Positions 1 to 11,142 of a stretch of DNA of 64,000 bases are shown here, piece after piece. The notes under the pieces are model-generated. The model did no database searches, was not told the DNA's origin, and saw nothing but the letters and a program-made list of their open reading frames with translations. Positions within the stretch are counted from its first letter, which is position 1. Every line of letters begins with the position of its first letter. A program made the position numbers and the translations under genes. The DNA comes from a bacterium (GTDB lineage: Bacteria; UBA8248): assembly GCA_965213625.1 (NCBI GenBank), contig CBDBZU010000004.1, positions 1,856,001-1,920,000 on the forward strand, written 5' to 3'.

Positions 1-1
1 G

Positions 2-1195
2 ACCCTGGAGAAATTCCAGAGCGAGGCCAAAGGCGATCTGGAAGCGCGCCAGAAGGCGGTGGAGACTCTCGTCGCGCCCATCCGAGAATCGCTCGACAAG
101 GTGGGTACGCAGGTGGAAGACCTCGAACGCGCCAGGCGGGAGGCCTACGGCTCCCTCACCGAGCAGGTCAAATCCCTCGCGAGCAGCCAGAAAGAACTTC
201 AATCGGAGACGGGGAACCTCGTGAAGGCCCTACGCGCGCCAAACGTGCGCGGCCGCTGGGGGGAGATGCAGCTAAGGCGCGTGGTGGAAATGGCCGGCAT
301 GGTGGCGCACTGCGACTTTGTGGAGCAGCAGACGCTCGAGGGAGAGGAGGCGCGTCTGCGCCCCGACCTCATCGTGAAGCTGCCTGGCGGGAAGAACGTA
401 GTGGTCGACGCCAAGGCGCCGCTCGACGCCTATCTCAACTCGCTCGAGGCGGAGGATGAGGAGGTACGCCGCGCCTTTTTGGTAGATCACGCGCGCCAGA
501 TTCGCGATCACATGAACCGCCTAAGCTCGAAGGCCTATTGGGATCAGTGCGAGTCCACGCCCGAGTTCGTGGCGATGTTCCTGCCCGGAGAGAGTTTCTT
601 CAGTGCGGCGCTCGAACAGGACCCCGGCCTGATAGAGGAAGGTGTGAGCCGACAGGTGATACTGGCTACGCCCACGACGCTCATCGCTCTGTTGCGCGCG
701 GTGGCCTACGGCTGGCGGCAGGAGAAGGTGGCCGAGAGCGCCCAGGCGGTGAGCACGCTCGGCCAGGAACTCCACGCACGCCTGAAGACGCTGGCCAAGC
801 ATTTCGACGCCATGGGCCGGGGGCTGGACAGGGCGGTCGATGCCTACAATAAGGCGGTCGGCTCGTATGAGACGCGCGTGCTGGTCTCGGCGAGAAAATT
901 CGGCGAGTACGGCAGCGCGCCGGGCGGGGAGATCGACGTGGTCTCTCGCGTGGAGAAAACCCCGCGCGCGCTGCAGGCGCGTGAGGCGGGCGAGGAGACG
1001 AGCCTAGATCAATTATCCGCTGTAGAAAAAGTTTCCGAGAAACTCGTAGCGGACGAGGTGGATGAGCGGGAGGAGGTCGAGCCTGAGCCTTCCGGAGAGG
1101 ATTCCCCGCGCACGGACGATGCAGACGGTGCGGCTGAGTCTCTCGAGACATATGGTGAGGAGAGTGAGCCGAATTTCCACCGCATCAGTCCCTGA
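2..1195 (+). CDS. rmuC: DNA recombination protein RmuC (5'-partial)
   Basis: Frame is open from position 2. Motifs RGRWGEMQL, RPDLIVKLPGGK..VVDAKAPL, PEFVAMFLPGE, LATPTTLIALLR; acidic C-terminal tail. Confidence 0.92.
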   Translation, partial: TLEKFQSEAKGDLEARQKAVETLVAPIRESLDKVGTQVEDLERARREAYGSLTEQVKSLASSQKELQSETGNLVKALRAPNVRGRWGEMQLRRVVEMAGMVAHCDFVEQQTLEGEEARLRPDLIVKLPGGKNVVVDAKAPLDAYLNSLEAEDEEVRRAFLVDHARQIRDHMNRLSSKAYWDQCESTPEFVAMFLPGESFFSAALEQDPGLIEEGVSRQVILATPTTLIALLRAVAYGWRQEKVAESAQAVSTLGQELHARLKTLAKHFDAMGRGLDRAVDAYNKAVGSYETRVLVSARKFGEYGSAPGGEIDVVSRVEKTPRALQAREAGEETSLDQLSAVEKVSEKLVADEVDEREEVEPEPSGEDSPRTDDADGAAESLETYGEESEPNFHRISP

Positions 1196-1214
1196 TTCGC
1201 AATAATGCACCCCC

Positions 1215-1763
1215 CTAGAGTCGTCTCAAGTAGGGATGCTTTCTCCGCATGCCGTCCTGGAACCAGCGCGGGTAGTCCGGCCAGCGCGCCTCGATGTGGT
1301 CGAGGTCCTCCGCGTCGGGGTCCAGGTCGTTCAGCAGCAGTGTGGGCGGGAGCCTTAAGGGCAGCGTGACGACCTCGCCCCGGAGCGCCAGGAATTTCCG
1401 GGCCTCGACGAGGCGGACGCTCTCGTCTTCCGCCTCTTCGACGGCGTGAAAGCCCTTGACCACCTGGTGGAGATAGGCGCTGAAAGCCTCCAGGTTTTTA
1501 TGAAATTCCTCGAGAGGCTCCGGGCTTTCGTGCTCGAAGTGGAGGTGTCCCTCGCGGATTTTTTCCGCGATCTCCCAGATGGGCATTTGCGCGGTGAGGG
1601 GCAGGTATTCGTCCACGATGCAGTCGGCAAGGTTGTATTTGTCCATGCCTTCGAGTATGAGGTCGAAATAATAGCGGTGCCTTGGCAAGCGGAACTCCTC
1701 TCCCTCCCGAATTTCTCGCGGAGGGTGTGTTTCGAGGTGGATTTTGTCAGGATATGGGTTCAT
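1215..1763 (-). CDS. hypothetical protein (~182 aa)
   Basis: ATG at 1763 preceded by AGGAG; protein-like composition. The upstream ORF extension overlaps the divergent gene. Confidence 0.65.
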   Translation of the reverse strand: MNPYPDKIHLETHPPREIREGEEFRLPRHRYYFDLILEGMDKYNLADCIVDEYLPLTAQMPIWEIAEKIREGHLHFEHESPEPLEEFHKNLEAFSAYLHQVVKGFHAVEEAEDESVRLVEARKFLALRGEVVTLPLRLPPTLLLNDLDPDAEDLDHIEARWPDYPRWFQDGMRRKHPYLRRL

Positions 1764-1856
1764 AATCTCCTGAGAGTCGATGTGGGGGCCTTCCGGTAGT
1801 ACCCGCTTCATATTTATACAGTATCTGAGGCTACAGCAATGAAGGAGAAACAAAGA

Positions 1857-2150
1857 ATGAGCAAGACCCTCGGCATGGGATTGGCGTTTTTCGCCGTCTT
1901 TCTCGTTTTGAGTGGATGCGGCGACATGGTGCCACGCGGCGTGGAGGTGGTCACGGAGCCTCCGGGCGCCACGGTGAAGCTCGGCAAGGAGAAGATAGGC
2001 AAATCGCCGGTTATCATCCCCTGGAAGAAAATTAAGGACCATTACGCGGATACGTTTACCGTCGAAATTCTCAAGGAAGGATATCGTCCCCACCATCTGG
2101 TGGCCGCGCAGTACGGGGGAACGATACGGGTGGCTCTCCAGAAGAAATAG
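1857..2150 (+). CDS. PEGA-domain lipoprotein
   Basis: AAGGAG RBS, signal peptide with lipobox LSGC, VVTEPPGATV..G..IGKSP and LKEGY PEGA-like motifs. Confidence 0.75.
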   Translation: MSKTLGMGLAFFAVFLVLSGCGDMVPRGVEVVTEPPGATVKLGKEKIGKSPVIIPWKKIKDHYADTFTVEILKEGYRPHHLVAAQYGGTIRVALQKK

Positions 2151-2194
2151 TGTAGACTCTCCTTTTTCTATTTCCTGTCGCCAAAGAAGCAGAG

Positions 2195-2863
2195 GTGTTT
2201 GTGCGCACTCATGGCATGGGTTTGTTCGCCGAGATGTTCGACTTCGCGGAAGGCGAGGAAGACGAGGCGCGCGCGTGGCTCGATGAGATCCGCCTCTCGC
2301 AAATGCTCGAAGCCTCGGGTGTGAACGGAGGAGCGAGCTATGAGGTTATTGAAGACGGCCCCCGTTTTCTGAACCTCATCGAAGCGGAGAACATCCACGT
2401 GTTCTATGGCGAGGAATTCGTCTCGCTCATGGACTCGGCTGAGATGCGCTTCCCCGTCGCACCGACAAACCACATCCGCCTCGTATGTGCGCAGGTATAT
2501 CCCGGTCTTCCGGCCCGGCAACCTGATTTTCCCTCGGTGGACGCAGCAGGCCTCGCGCCCGTCATTCAGTTCGGCAGAATCAACGTGCCCGAAGAGAGGC
2601 TCGGCGATTTTAACGGCTGGTATTCCCGTGATCGCGGCCCCCTTTGCGAAAAGGTGCCGGGCGTGAGGCGCATGCGCCGCTACAACACCGTGGAGGGGCC
2701 GAGGCTCATGATCGTCCTCTACGAGATGGAAGATGAAGCCGTGCGCGAAACGCCCGAGTGGAAGCACATGAACGCCTCCGAGTGGACGGCGCGCGTGAGG
2801 AGCTACTACAGACAGGAGCCCGGCTCTCCCGGCGTCTACAGGCGAAAGGGCTACGCCCGCTAG
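2195..2863 (+). CDS. EthD/DUF4286-like tandem dimeric alpha-beta barrel protein
   Basis: NVPEE..DFNGWY...VPGVRRMRRY...LYEMED pattern with a degenerate N-terminal copy; start uncertain. Confidence 0.6.
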   Translation: MFVRTHGMGLFAEMFDFAEGEEDEARAWLDEIRLSQMLEASGVNGGASYEVIEDGPRFLNLIEAENIHVFYGEEFVSLMDSAEMRFPVAPTNHIRLVCAQVYPGLPARQPDFPSVDAAGLAPVIQFGRINVPEERLGDFNGWYSRDRGPLCEKVPGVRRMRRYNTVEGPRLMIVLYEMEDEAVRETPEWKHMNASEWTARVRSYYRQEPGSPGVYRRKGYAR

Positions 2864-3354
2864 CCGCCCGTCGGCTTTTCTCCGGCGTTCTTCTTCAAGC
2901 GAAGAGCGCGCCAGACCACCCTACCGATAATTCTGTCTACCAGGCTTTCCCCTACCGCCAGTTCGCAGATTTCGGCGCGAAACGCCGCGCGATTCGCCGG
3001 GATGAGGGCGATGCGCCTCGCGTCGATCACCTCGACGTGTTTGACGGCGCACCGTCCCTCCGCCGAGCGTAGGGCGAATATGCCGTCTTTGCGCGGCGTC
3101 TTGTCTCTCAAATCGATGAGGACGAGGCAGCTCTCCGGTAGCAGCGGCTCCATGCTGTCGTCCAGAATTTCGGCTCCGGCGTAATTTTCCACATCGAAGC
3201 CGAATTCATCGCGCGGGAGCAGTACCCAGTCCAGGGCATCCGCATCCACGAAGCGCGCATTTGCGGCTGGATCTTTGCGTATATGATCGGAGCGCGGCCC
3301 GACTTTCTCGCGCGCCACCCATTTTCCTCCGGTGGAAATCGAGTGAAGCGGCAT
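2860..3354 (-). CDS. S24 (LexA/UmuD/CI-type) peptidase-domain protein without obvious HTH
   Basis: DDSMEP (Ser), DGIFAL..AVKHV (Lys), LIPAN, RIIGRVVW. Confidence 0.75.
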   Translation of the reverse strand: MPLHSISTGGKWVAREKVGPRSDHIRKDPAANARFVDADALDWVLLPRDEFGFDVENYAGAEILDDSMEPLLPESCLVLIDLRDKTPRKDGIFALRSAEGRCAVKHVEVIDARRIALIPANRAAFRAEICELAVGESLVDRIIGRVVWRALRLKKNAGEKPTGG

Positions 3355-3420
3355 GATGCGTGAACCGGCGGACGCGCAGGGAGCGCGCCCGCCGGGGTCG
3401 TAATAAATTCTCCGCAGCCC

Positions 3421-4209
3421 CTAGCGGGGGAAGCGGCTGAAGTCGGGCGGCCTTTTCTCCTTGAACGCGTTCATTCCCTCGACGGATTGCTCGTTGTTCC
3501 ACACGGCGTTCAGCAGTTCGCTGCCGTGCATCCAGGAGGGGTAGTGGAGGTCGCCCAGGAAGTTCAGGTTCGTCTTCATGTAGCGCAGCGTGGCCGGGGC
3601 GTGGGAGTTGATGGTGGCGCACCACTCCTCGGTCGTATTCTCCAGTTCGTCATCCGGCACGACCTCGTTGATGAGGCCGACTTCCTTCGCCTCCTGCGCC
3701 GGGTAGCGCTTGGCGAGGAACAGCATCTCGCGCGCCCTGCGGTCGCCCATGAGCAGGGGGAGGTACTGCGTGGCGCCCACCACGGGCAGCGCCCCCACGC
3801 GCGCGCCCGATTGCCCGAACGTCGCGTTCTCGCTCGCGATGCAGAGGTCGCAGTAGAGCTGCCACTCGTTCCCGCCGCCGATGCACCAGCCGCGCACCAT
3901 GGCGATGGTGGGCTTGCCCGAGTTCCTGAGCGTCATGCACAGACGCCGCATCTTGTTGTTCCAGATGTGGCCCGTCTGGTAGTTCAGCCCCAGCATCATG
4001 TCCATGTCGCCGCCCGAGGAGAAGTTCCCGTTCAGGCCGTACATGACGCCCACGCCGATGTCGGGGTCCTCATCGAGCCGCGTGAAGGCTTCGATGACTT
4101 CGTTGATCATCTGGAAATTCATCGCGTTCAGCGTTTTGGGGCGGTTGAGCCCCACCCAGAGGGTTTTGTCCCTGACCTCTACGACGGTTACTCTTTCCGA
4201 CATGTTCAT
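3421..4209 (-). CDS. crotonase-family enzyme, MenB/BadI-like
   Basis: LNRPKTLNA, FSSGGD, GWCIGGGNE, FGQSGARVG, EGMNAFKEKRPPDF. Confidence 0.85.
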   Translation of the reverse strand: MNMSERVTVVEVRDKTLWVGLNRPKTLNAMNFQMINEVIEAFTRLDEDPDIGVGVMYGLNGNFSSGGDMDMMLGLNYQTGHIWNNKMRRLCMTLRNSGKPTIAMVRGWCIGGGNEWQLYCDLCIASENATFGQSGARVGALPVVGATQYLPLLMGDRRAREMLFLAKRYPAQEAKEVGLINEVVPDDELENTTEEWCATINSHAPATLRYMKTNLNFLGDLHYPSWMHGSELLNAVWNNEQSVEGMNAFKEKRPPDFSRFPR

Positions 4210-4330
4210 AGTCTCCTTCTCGTCCGCCGCTCCGTGCGGACGCCTTGTTGAATGGAATTGTCCCGGTGGTCTTTAACCAGAGTCCTTATATTCACACACG
4301 CTGCATCGATTTTCCAGACCGCCGCGCCAT

Positions 4331-5170
4331 CTACCAGAACCACTCGCTCGCCCCCTTGTAGAGAAGCTGCAGGGAAACCAGTGTCATCAGCACCGCCAGA
4401 ATGCGCGTGAGGGTTAAGGATTTCACCCGGTGCGAGATGGCGGCGCCCGCCTGCGCGCCAACGATTATCCCGATCGCGAGAGGAAGAATCACGCTCTTCA
4501 TCGCGTGTAGGTTTCCGAGGATGAAATGAAATGCCACGGCGAGTGCGGTGGTGAAGAGAAGTTCGCACTGCGAGGTGGCGGTGGCGATGTGGGGCGGAAT
4601 GCGCAGGATCCGTATCATCAGCGGCACGTGCATGGGGCCGCCCCCGATTCCCAAAAACGTCGCCAGAAAGCCCACGATGGAGCTTAAGGCTGCGCCGAGT
4701 CGGAAGCGGAAAGCATATTCGTAGACTTTGCCATGGCTGTCCACAATGCGCCGGTGCGCCAGCGCGCCGATGCCGCCGGGGCTCTCGCGCGTCGTCTCGA
4801 AGGGCGGCGGCGGGTTGATGATGGAGATGCACAGGATCAGCAGGGCCAGGCCCAGCAGGAAGTCGAACGGCCCGCGCGCGACCCCGCTTGTGGCGAAGAC
4901 GCCGATTATCGCCCCGACCGAACCGGCCAGTGCGAATGAGACGCTCGTCTTGATGTCGATTCGCTTTTGGCGGTAATAGGCGACCGAGCCGGATAGGGCG
5001 TTCAGGCAGACCACGCTGAGCGAGGTGGCGGCGATGACTTCCGAGGGCTGGTCGGTGAAGATCAGCAGGAGCAGGGGCGTCAGGATGAAGCCGCCGCCCG
5101 CGCCCACGAGCGTGCCCAGCACGCCTACTCCTAAGCCCATCGCCAGGAACTGAATGAAAAAAAGCATCAA
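4331..5170 (-). CDS. TauE/SafE family membrane exporter
   Basis: GTLVGAGGGFILTP and FLGIGGGPMHVP repeats, multiple TM helices. Confidence 0.88.
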   Translation of the reverse strand: MMLFFIQFLAMGLGVGVLGTLVGAGGGFILTPLLLLIFTDQPSEVIAATSLSVVCLNALSGSVAYYRQKRIDIKTSVSFALAGSVGAIIGVFATSGVARGPFDFLLGLALLILCISIINPPPPFETTRESPGGIGALAHRRIVDSHGKVYEYAFRFRLGAALSSIVGFLATFLGIGGGPMHVPLMIRILRIPPHIATATSQCELLFTTALAVAFHFILGNLHAMKSVILPLAIGIIVGAQAGAAISHRVKSLTLTRILAVLMTLVSLQLLYKGASEWFW

Positions 5171-5460
5171 AAACCTTCCTGAAGGTGCAATATTTTCGTC
5201 GAGGCGCTTTGGGAGGCTTCGGGAGGCGATGCGTCTTTGGGACTCGCTTGTCCTGCCTTGCGCTGATGGGGCCAGAGTCTAATACAGGATAAAGGCGAAT
5301 GACAATTTCATCCGGTCAAAATCTAACGCCTCTCGGGTTTGTTCCGGCATCATCGCAGGAGCTGAGATCATCAAGGCATGGTTTCGCAAAACCGCCCTTC
5401 GGGGTAGAATGGATTTCTTTGGTGAATGAGGATAACCATCTTCTTCGGGAGGATGCGGGA

Positions 5461-6540
5461 ATGATAGTTCCACTCGATACGCCCGTGGCGACGCGGGCCG
5501 AGAATTTCAGGAAAGTCCTCGATTTCGACGAATCGGCGGCCTACCGCGCGTTGCAGGAGACGAAACAGGTTTACCCCGAAGCGGAAGTGCCGCCCCTTCG
5601 CCCGCCCAGGCTCAAGCGAGAGGGCAGGAGTCTCGTGGCCATGGTGCGCGGAGAGACGCGCGATGAGGCCATACGCCTGGCGGTCGAGAAACTGGGCGGA
5701 ATCCGGCATATCATCGATTCGGCAGCACCCGCGCTCCTGAAACCCAATTTCAACTCCGCCGACCCGTTCCCGGCCTCGACGCATCCCGATACGCTCGAAA
5801 CCGTTGTCGCCCTCTTGAAAGATGCGGGTTGTGAGGATATGGCCGTGGGCGAAATGGGTGGCCTGCTTTCCCTGCCCGCGCGCGGGAACTTCGAGCGCTG
5901 GGGGATGAACGATTTTCAGGAGCGGACCGGCGTGGGCCTCCTTCGCTTCGACGAGGAGCCCTGGGTGAAGGCCCGCGTTCCAGAGGCGATTCGCTGGGGC
6001 GGGTGGGTGCACTGCATCGAGCGCCTCATGACGCCCGGCCAGCACGTCATCAACCTGCCCACCATGAAGAGCCACGGCGGGGGGCCGCGCTTCAGCCTCT
6101 CGCTCAAGAACGTCTACGGGTTCGTACACCCGAGGGATCGCGTTCGCGCGCATTTCGTCTCCCAGATGGCGGAGATGATCATGGAGACGAACCTGCTCTA
6201 CTCGCCATCCCTCATCGTCCTCGACGGCACGAAGTGCTGGATTTCGGGCGGCCCCTACACCGGGGAGGAGCGCGAGCCGAACGTGATTATCGCAGGGGAC
6301 GATCGTATCGCCGTTGACGTCGTGGGTGCCTCGGTGGTGCGCGCCATGGGTTCCGAACTCCTGCGCGAATATCCCGTCTGGTCGCACCGCCAGATCAGGC
6401 GTGCGGTGGAACTCGGCCTGGGCGCGAGCGGACCCGGAGAAGTGGAAGTCCTGACGGCGGATACGACCGGCGCCGCCGATTTCACAGAACTTGCGGATCA
6501 GGTGCAAGGGTTCGTTCGGGAGCCCGACCCCGACGGTTAA
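5461..6540 (+). CDS. DUF362 domain protein
   Basis: LLKPNF...STHP, INLPTMKSH, SLSLKNVYG, D.IAVDVVG; start uncertain. Confidence 0.8.
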   Translation: MIVPLDTPVATRAENFRKVLDFDESAAYRALQETKQVYPEAEVPPLRPPRLKREGRSLVAMVRGETRDEAIRLAVEKLGGIRHIIDSAAPALLKPNFNSADPFPASTHPDTLETVVALLKDAGCEDMAVGEMGGLLSLPARGNFERWGMNDFQERTGVGLLRFDEEPWVKARVPEAIRWGGWVHCIERLMTPGQHVINLPTMKSHGGGPRFSLSLKNVYGFVHPRDRVRAHFVSQMAEMIMETNLLYSPSLIVLDGTKCWISGGPYTGEEREPNVIIAGDDRIAVDVVGASVVRAMGSELLREYPVWSHRQIRRAVELGLGASGPGEVEVLTADTTGAADFTELADQVQGFVREPDPDG

Positions 6541-6639
6541 GTCGCTTCCCTCCTATCGTTCCCGCGTTGACGAGGGCGAGCGGTTTCCGCTACATTCCTT
6601 CGCGCACCCTTCGGGGGTTTCAGGAAAATCCTCCTGTAT

Positions 6640-6715
6640 GGGGCTGTAGCTCAGCTGGGAGAGCGCATGACTGGCAGTCATGAGGTCAGGGGTTCGATCC
6701 CCCTCAGCTCCACCA
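6640..6715 (+). tRNA. tRNA-Ala (anticodon GGC)
   Basis: GGGGCTGTAGCTCAGCTGGGAGAGCG, anticodon arm CATGA-CTGGCAG-TCATG, GGTTCGATCC T-loop, encoded CCA; 76 nt. Confidence 0.97.
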
Positions 6716-6864
6716 ACTAAATCAATTGTTCAAGCTATTTACTCGATATCTGCTATTTCGGCTGTCGCATCGTTGTTAGAACACTCGATAATCCATCCCG
6801 CATATACAGCGCAAAGCATTGAATTTTAGATGATTCAATTCTTGCAGAATACATGCCCCACATT

Positions 6865-7944
<1,080 letters not shown>

Positions 7945-8075
7945 CTCAGATTCCCCTCTCTGCGAGAATCGCTATGGACACCCGCACGAAATGGCCTGTC
8001 CTGCATGAGGCCTGTAGGCGGGTCTTCACGGGCTCGATGGCTGAAATCAATTTTAGAAAAGGCACTGCATGCTCC

Positions 8076-8909
8076 TTATTCCTTGAGACCGGTGAGCGTG
8101 ATGCCGCGGACGAAGGCGCGCTGGAAGAACAGGAATATGAACGCCGCCGGGATCATCCCCATGACCGCAAGCGCCATGATTTCATGGTAGGCGGCTGAAT
8201 CGATGCCCTCCATCTGGGCGAGGCCGAGCGGGAAAGTCTTCAGGTTGTCGGTCGTCGCCACGATGAAGGGCCAGAGGAACTGGTCCCAGTTGTCGCGGAA
8301 GGCGAGCAGCGCCAGCGCGCCCAGTGCGGGCTTGCAGTTGGGGAGAATGATGCGCCAGAAGATGCCGAATTCGCTGCATCCGTCCATCCGCGCCGCCTCG
8401 ATGAGGGAGTCGGGAATGTCCCGGATGGACTGGCGCATGAGAAAGACGCCGAAAGCGTCCACCGCCAATGGCGCGATCAGCCCGCCATAGGTGTTGACGA
8501 GGCCCAGTTCCCGCACCACGAGGAAAGTGGGCACCAATACGATTTCCAGCGGGAGCATCAGCGTGCTCAGAATCAGGCGGAAGCACAACTCCCGGTGCGG
8601 GAAACGGAACTTGGCCAGACCGTAGCCCGCCAGCGTGCAGAAAACGAGGTTTCCTCCCATGACCGCAAAGGCCACGATGAAGCTGTTGAAGAAATAGACC
8701 CCAAAAGCCCCTTTGGCCAGGGAGTTCGGGTAGTTCACCCACTGGATGTCATCCGGTATCCATTGAATGGGGAGATCGAAAACCTCGATCCCCGTCTTGA
8801 TGGAAGAGGAGACCATCCAGAAATAGGGCAGGAGCATCACCCCGACTCCTGCGACTGTGAGGAGGGATATGAGCGCGCCTCCCAAGCGGAGCATCGTCTT
8901 GCGGCTCAT
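8076..8909 (-). CDS. carbohydrate ABC transporter permease (MalG-type)
   Basis: EAARMDG EAA loop, WDQFLWP. Confidence 0.93.
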   Translation of the reverse strand: MSRKTMLRLGGALISLLTVAGVGVMLLPYFWMVSSSIKTGIEVFDLPIQWIPDDIQWVNYPNSLAKGAFGVYFFNSFIVAFAVMGGNLVFCTLAGYGLAKFRFPHRELCFRLILSTLMLPLEIVLVPTFLVVRELGLVNTYGGLIAPLAVDAFGVFLMRQSIRDIPDSLIEAARMDGCSEFGIFWRIILPNCKPALGALALLAFRDNWDQFLWPFIVATTDNLKTFPLGLAQMEGIDSAAYHEIMALAVMGMIPAAFIFLFFQRAFVRGITLTGLKE

Positions 8910-9847
8910 TCCATCCCTCCCCGGCGCAAGAGCCGCAACTGAATCAGGGTCAGGCCGAATAGAAAGACGAACAGCACCATCGAGGCTGCGGCGGCCTCTC
9001 CCATGCGGAAGAAGGCGAATCCCGTTTCGTAGATGAAGTAGGGAAGCACCCTTGTCGTCCCGTTGGGGCCGCCTTCGGTCATGACCAGAGGGTTCAGGAA
9101 CACCTTTACGGCCGAGAGGAGAGACAACACCATCACGAACGTTATCGTGGGGAGAAGCAGCGGAATCGTCACGTAAAAGAAGCGCTGGAACACACCCGCG
9201 CCGTCGATGATGGCCGCCTCATAGTATTCCTTCGGGATGGCCTGGAGGCCCGCGAGGTAAATCACGCCGAAGAGCGGGATGCCCCGCCAGATGCCGATGG
9301 CAATGAGGGCGGGAAGCGCCGACTCCTCCATCGAGAGCCAGTTGATGCGGCCGATTCCGAAGGTCTCCAGGATCGTGTTCACCAGGCCGTAGGGGTGGTA
9401 CATGAACTTCCACACCATGGCCACCACGATCTGCGACATCGCAATCGGGAAGAAATACGCCAGACGGATGACCGAACGCCCCGGCATTCGCCGATTCAGG
9501 AGGAGGGCCAGCGCCAGAGCGAAGAACCACTCCGGGATGGAGACGCCGAACATGTACTTGACCGAGACCCAGAATGATTGATGAAAGAGCGGGTTTTCCC
9601 AGAGGAGGTTGTAGTTCATGAGCCCGGTGAATACGGGCGGGCTCATGAGGTCGTAGCGGTAGAAGCTCAGCCGGAAGGCCTGGAGCATGGGGTAGAACTT
9701 GAAGATTATGAGATGAATGAGCGCAGGGAGAACGAAGAAGAACCCCGCCCAGCGGAGGTGGCTGTGGAGGGAGCGTTTCCCCCCTCCAGCCACCATCCGC
9801 CGAATCATCGACGGTAAAGTCCGGTCGACTCCGATCTCGCGACCCAT
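8906..9847 (-). CDS. carbohydrate ABC transporter permease (MalF-type)
   Basis: YLAGLQAIP..YYEAAIIDGAG, TEGGP; 4-bp overlap with the next gene. Confidence 0.93.
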   Translation of the reverse strand: MGREIGVDRTLPSMIRRMVAGGGKRSLHSHLRWAGFFFVLPALIHLIIFKFYPMLQAFRLSFYRYDLMSPPVFTGLMNYNLLWENPLFHQSFWVSVKYMFGVSIPEWFFALALALLLNRRMPGRSVIRLAYFFPIAMSQIVVAMVWKFMYHPYGLVNTILETFGIGRINWLSMEESALPALIAIGIWRGIPLFGVIYLAGLQAIPKEYYEAAIIDGAGVFQRFFYVTIPLLLPTITFVMVLSLLSAVKVFLNPLVMTEGGPNGTTRVLPYFIYETGFAFFRMGEAAAASMVLFVFLFGLTLIQLRLLRRGGME

Positions 9848-9858
9848 CTGTTCTCCGC

Positions 9859-11142
9859 CTACTTCTTGGCCAGCGCCGCGTCGATCTCCTTACACGCCCT
9901 GTCGAGCGATTTCTTGGAGTCTTCCTTCTTCAGGACCACGCGCTCCATCGCCCGGTGAATCGCCTGGTTGAGTTCGAGAACTTTGTCGGAGCGCTGCAGA
10001 AAGCGCCCGTTCGAGATGTCCTTTACGAACACGTCCAGATAGCGTGTCTTGCGCGCATCTTCCATCCCGGGAAGGTTCAGGAAATTTTTGTCGGGATGGG
10101 GATAGGAAGTCCTCTCGTACCACGTCTTGGAGTCATTGACGACGTGTTTTAACACTTTATGCACTGCCCGCTGCTTCGCCTCGGAAATATGGGGATTCAC
10201 CGCGAGGGCGAAGCCGTAAATCGGCGTCACGGGCTTTTTGGGGTCCACCTGCGGGAAGGGCACCACCTTCACGTGTTTCATTACCTTGGGGCCGAATTGC
10301 GCCACACTGCCTGCGTGGGTGATGAACATGGAGACGCGCCCCTTGGGCAGATCGTCAGCCGGGAGGGCGTTGGTGCCCAGGCTTACGGTGGGGTCCGAAG
10401 CCTTGTAGTGGTGCGCAATCCTGGCCCGGACATTCATGGCCTTCACGCCCGCCTTGCTGTTGGCCAGGCACTTTTTCCCGGAGGCGTCGAGGACTTCTCC
10501 CCCGTATTGGCGAATCGTCGTGTTGAAGTACCACATCGTCCAGGTGGAGGAGTGCATGGCGAAATCGAAGCCCTCGCGCACCATCCTGCTGCCCCTCATT
10601 TTCACCAGTTTTTTCCCGATGCGGCCAACGTCTTCCCAGGTGCGCGGGTAATCCTTGTCCGGGTCCAGGCCCGCTTCCCGGAAGTGTTTCGTGTTAATGA
10701 AGAGGCTGAAGCCGGAAGCGATGGGAGGGAGAGCGTAAAGCTTCCCCTTGTGGATGTAGCCGTCCAGCGCCCCCGGTATGTAGGCCTTCTTCATATCCTC
10801 GAGGTCCTTGTAGCCCAGCCATTCGGGACGAATGGGCGCGAGGACGTTCTTGGCGGTGAAGCCGGGCAGCAGGAAGTCGATGAGCGTGAACATGTCGGCC
10901 GCCGAGCGCGTGGAAAGCGCGGCCGTGAGTTTTTGGAAGTAGGGGGTCATCGCGAAAAAATCATACTGCACTGGAGACTTGGGGTTCTTCTTGTTCCACT
11001 CCGCCACCAAATCCTTCGAGTAGTTGTTGTGCGGCGGGTTGCTGTGTTCCCACCAGGTGATCCTTTGCTGGGCGAAAGCCGGGCTCATGAGAAGCACCGT
11101 CAGCAATCCGACCAAAAGATGAGTCATGAGGAAGCGTTGCAT
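9859..11142 (-). CDS. carbohydrate-type ABC transporter substrate-binding protein
   Basis: Signal peptide ending PAFA, GKLYALP, EAGLDP..PRTWED; RBS GGAGGG upstream of ATG 11142. Confidence 0.88.
   Translation of the reverse strand: MQRFLMTHLLVGLLTVLLMSPAFAQQRITWWEHSNPPHNNYSKDLVAEWNKKNPKSPVQYDFFAMTPYFQKLTAALSTRSAADMFTLIDFLLPGFTAKNVLAPIRPEWLGYKDLEDMKKAYIPGALDGYIHKGKLYALPPIASGFSLFINTKHFREAGLDPDKDYPRTWEDVGRIGKKLVKMRGSRMVREGFDFAMHSSTWTMWYFNTTIRQYGGEVLDASGKKCLANSKAGVKAMNVRARIAHHYKASDPTVSLGTNALPADDLPKGRVSMFITHAGSVAQFGPKVMKHVKVVPFPQVDPKKPVTPIYGFALAVNPHISEAKQRAVHKVLKHVVNDSKTWYERTSYPHPDKNFLNLPGMEDARKTRYLDVFVKDISNGRFLQRSDKVLELNQAIHRAMERVVLKKEDSKKSLDRACKEIDAALAKK

Noticed and set aside
6716-6860. tRNA-Ala as the attachment site of an integrated island
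   Set aside because: The downstream DNA is AT-rich, but I found no integrase and no duplicated tRNA 3' end in the window.
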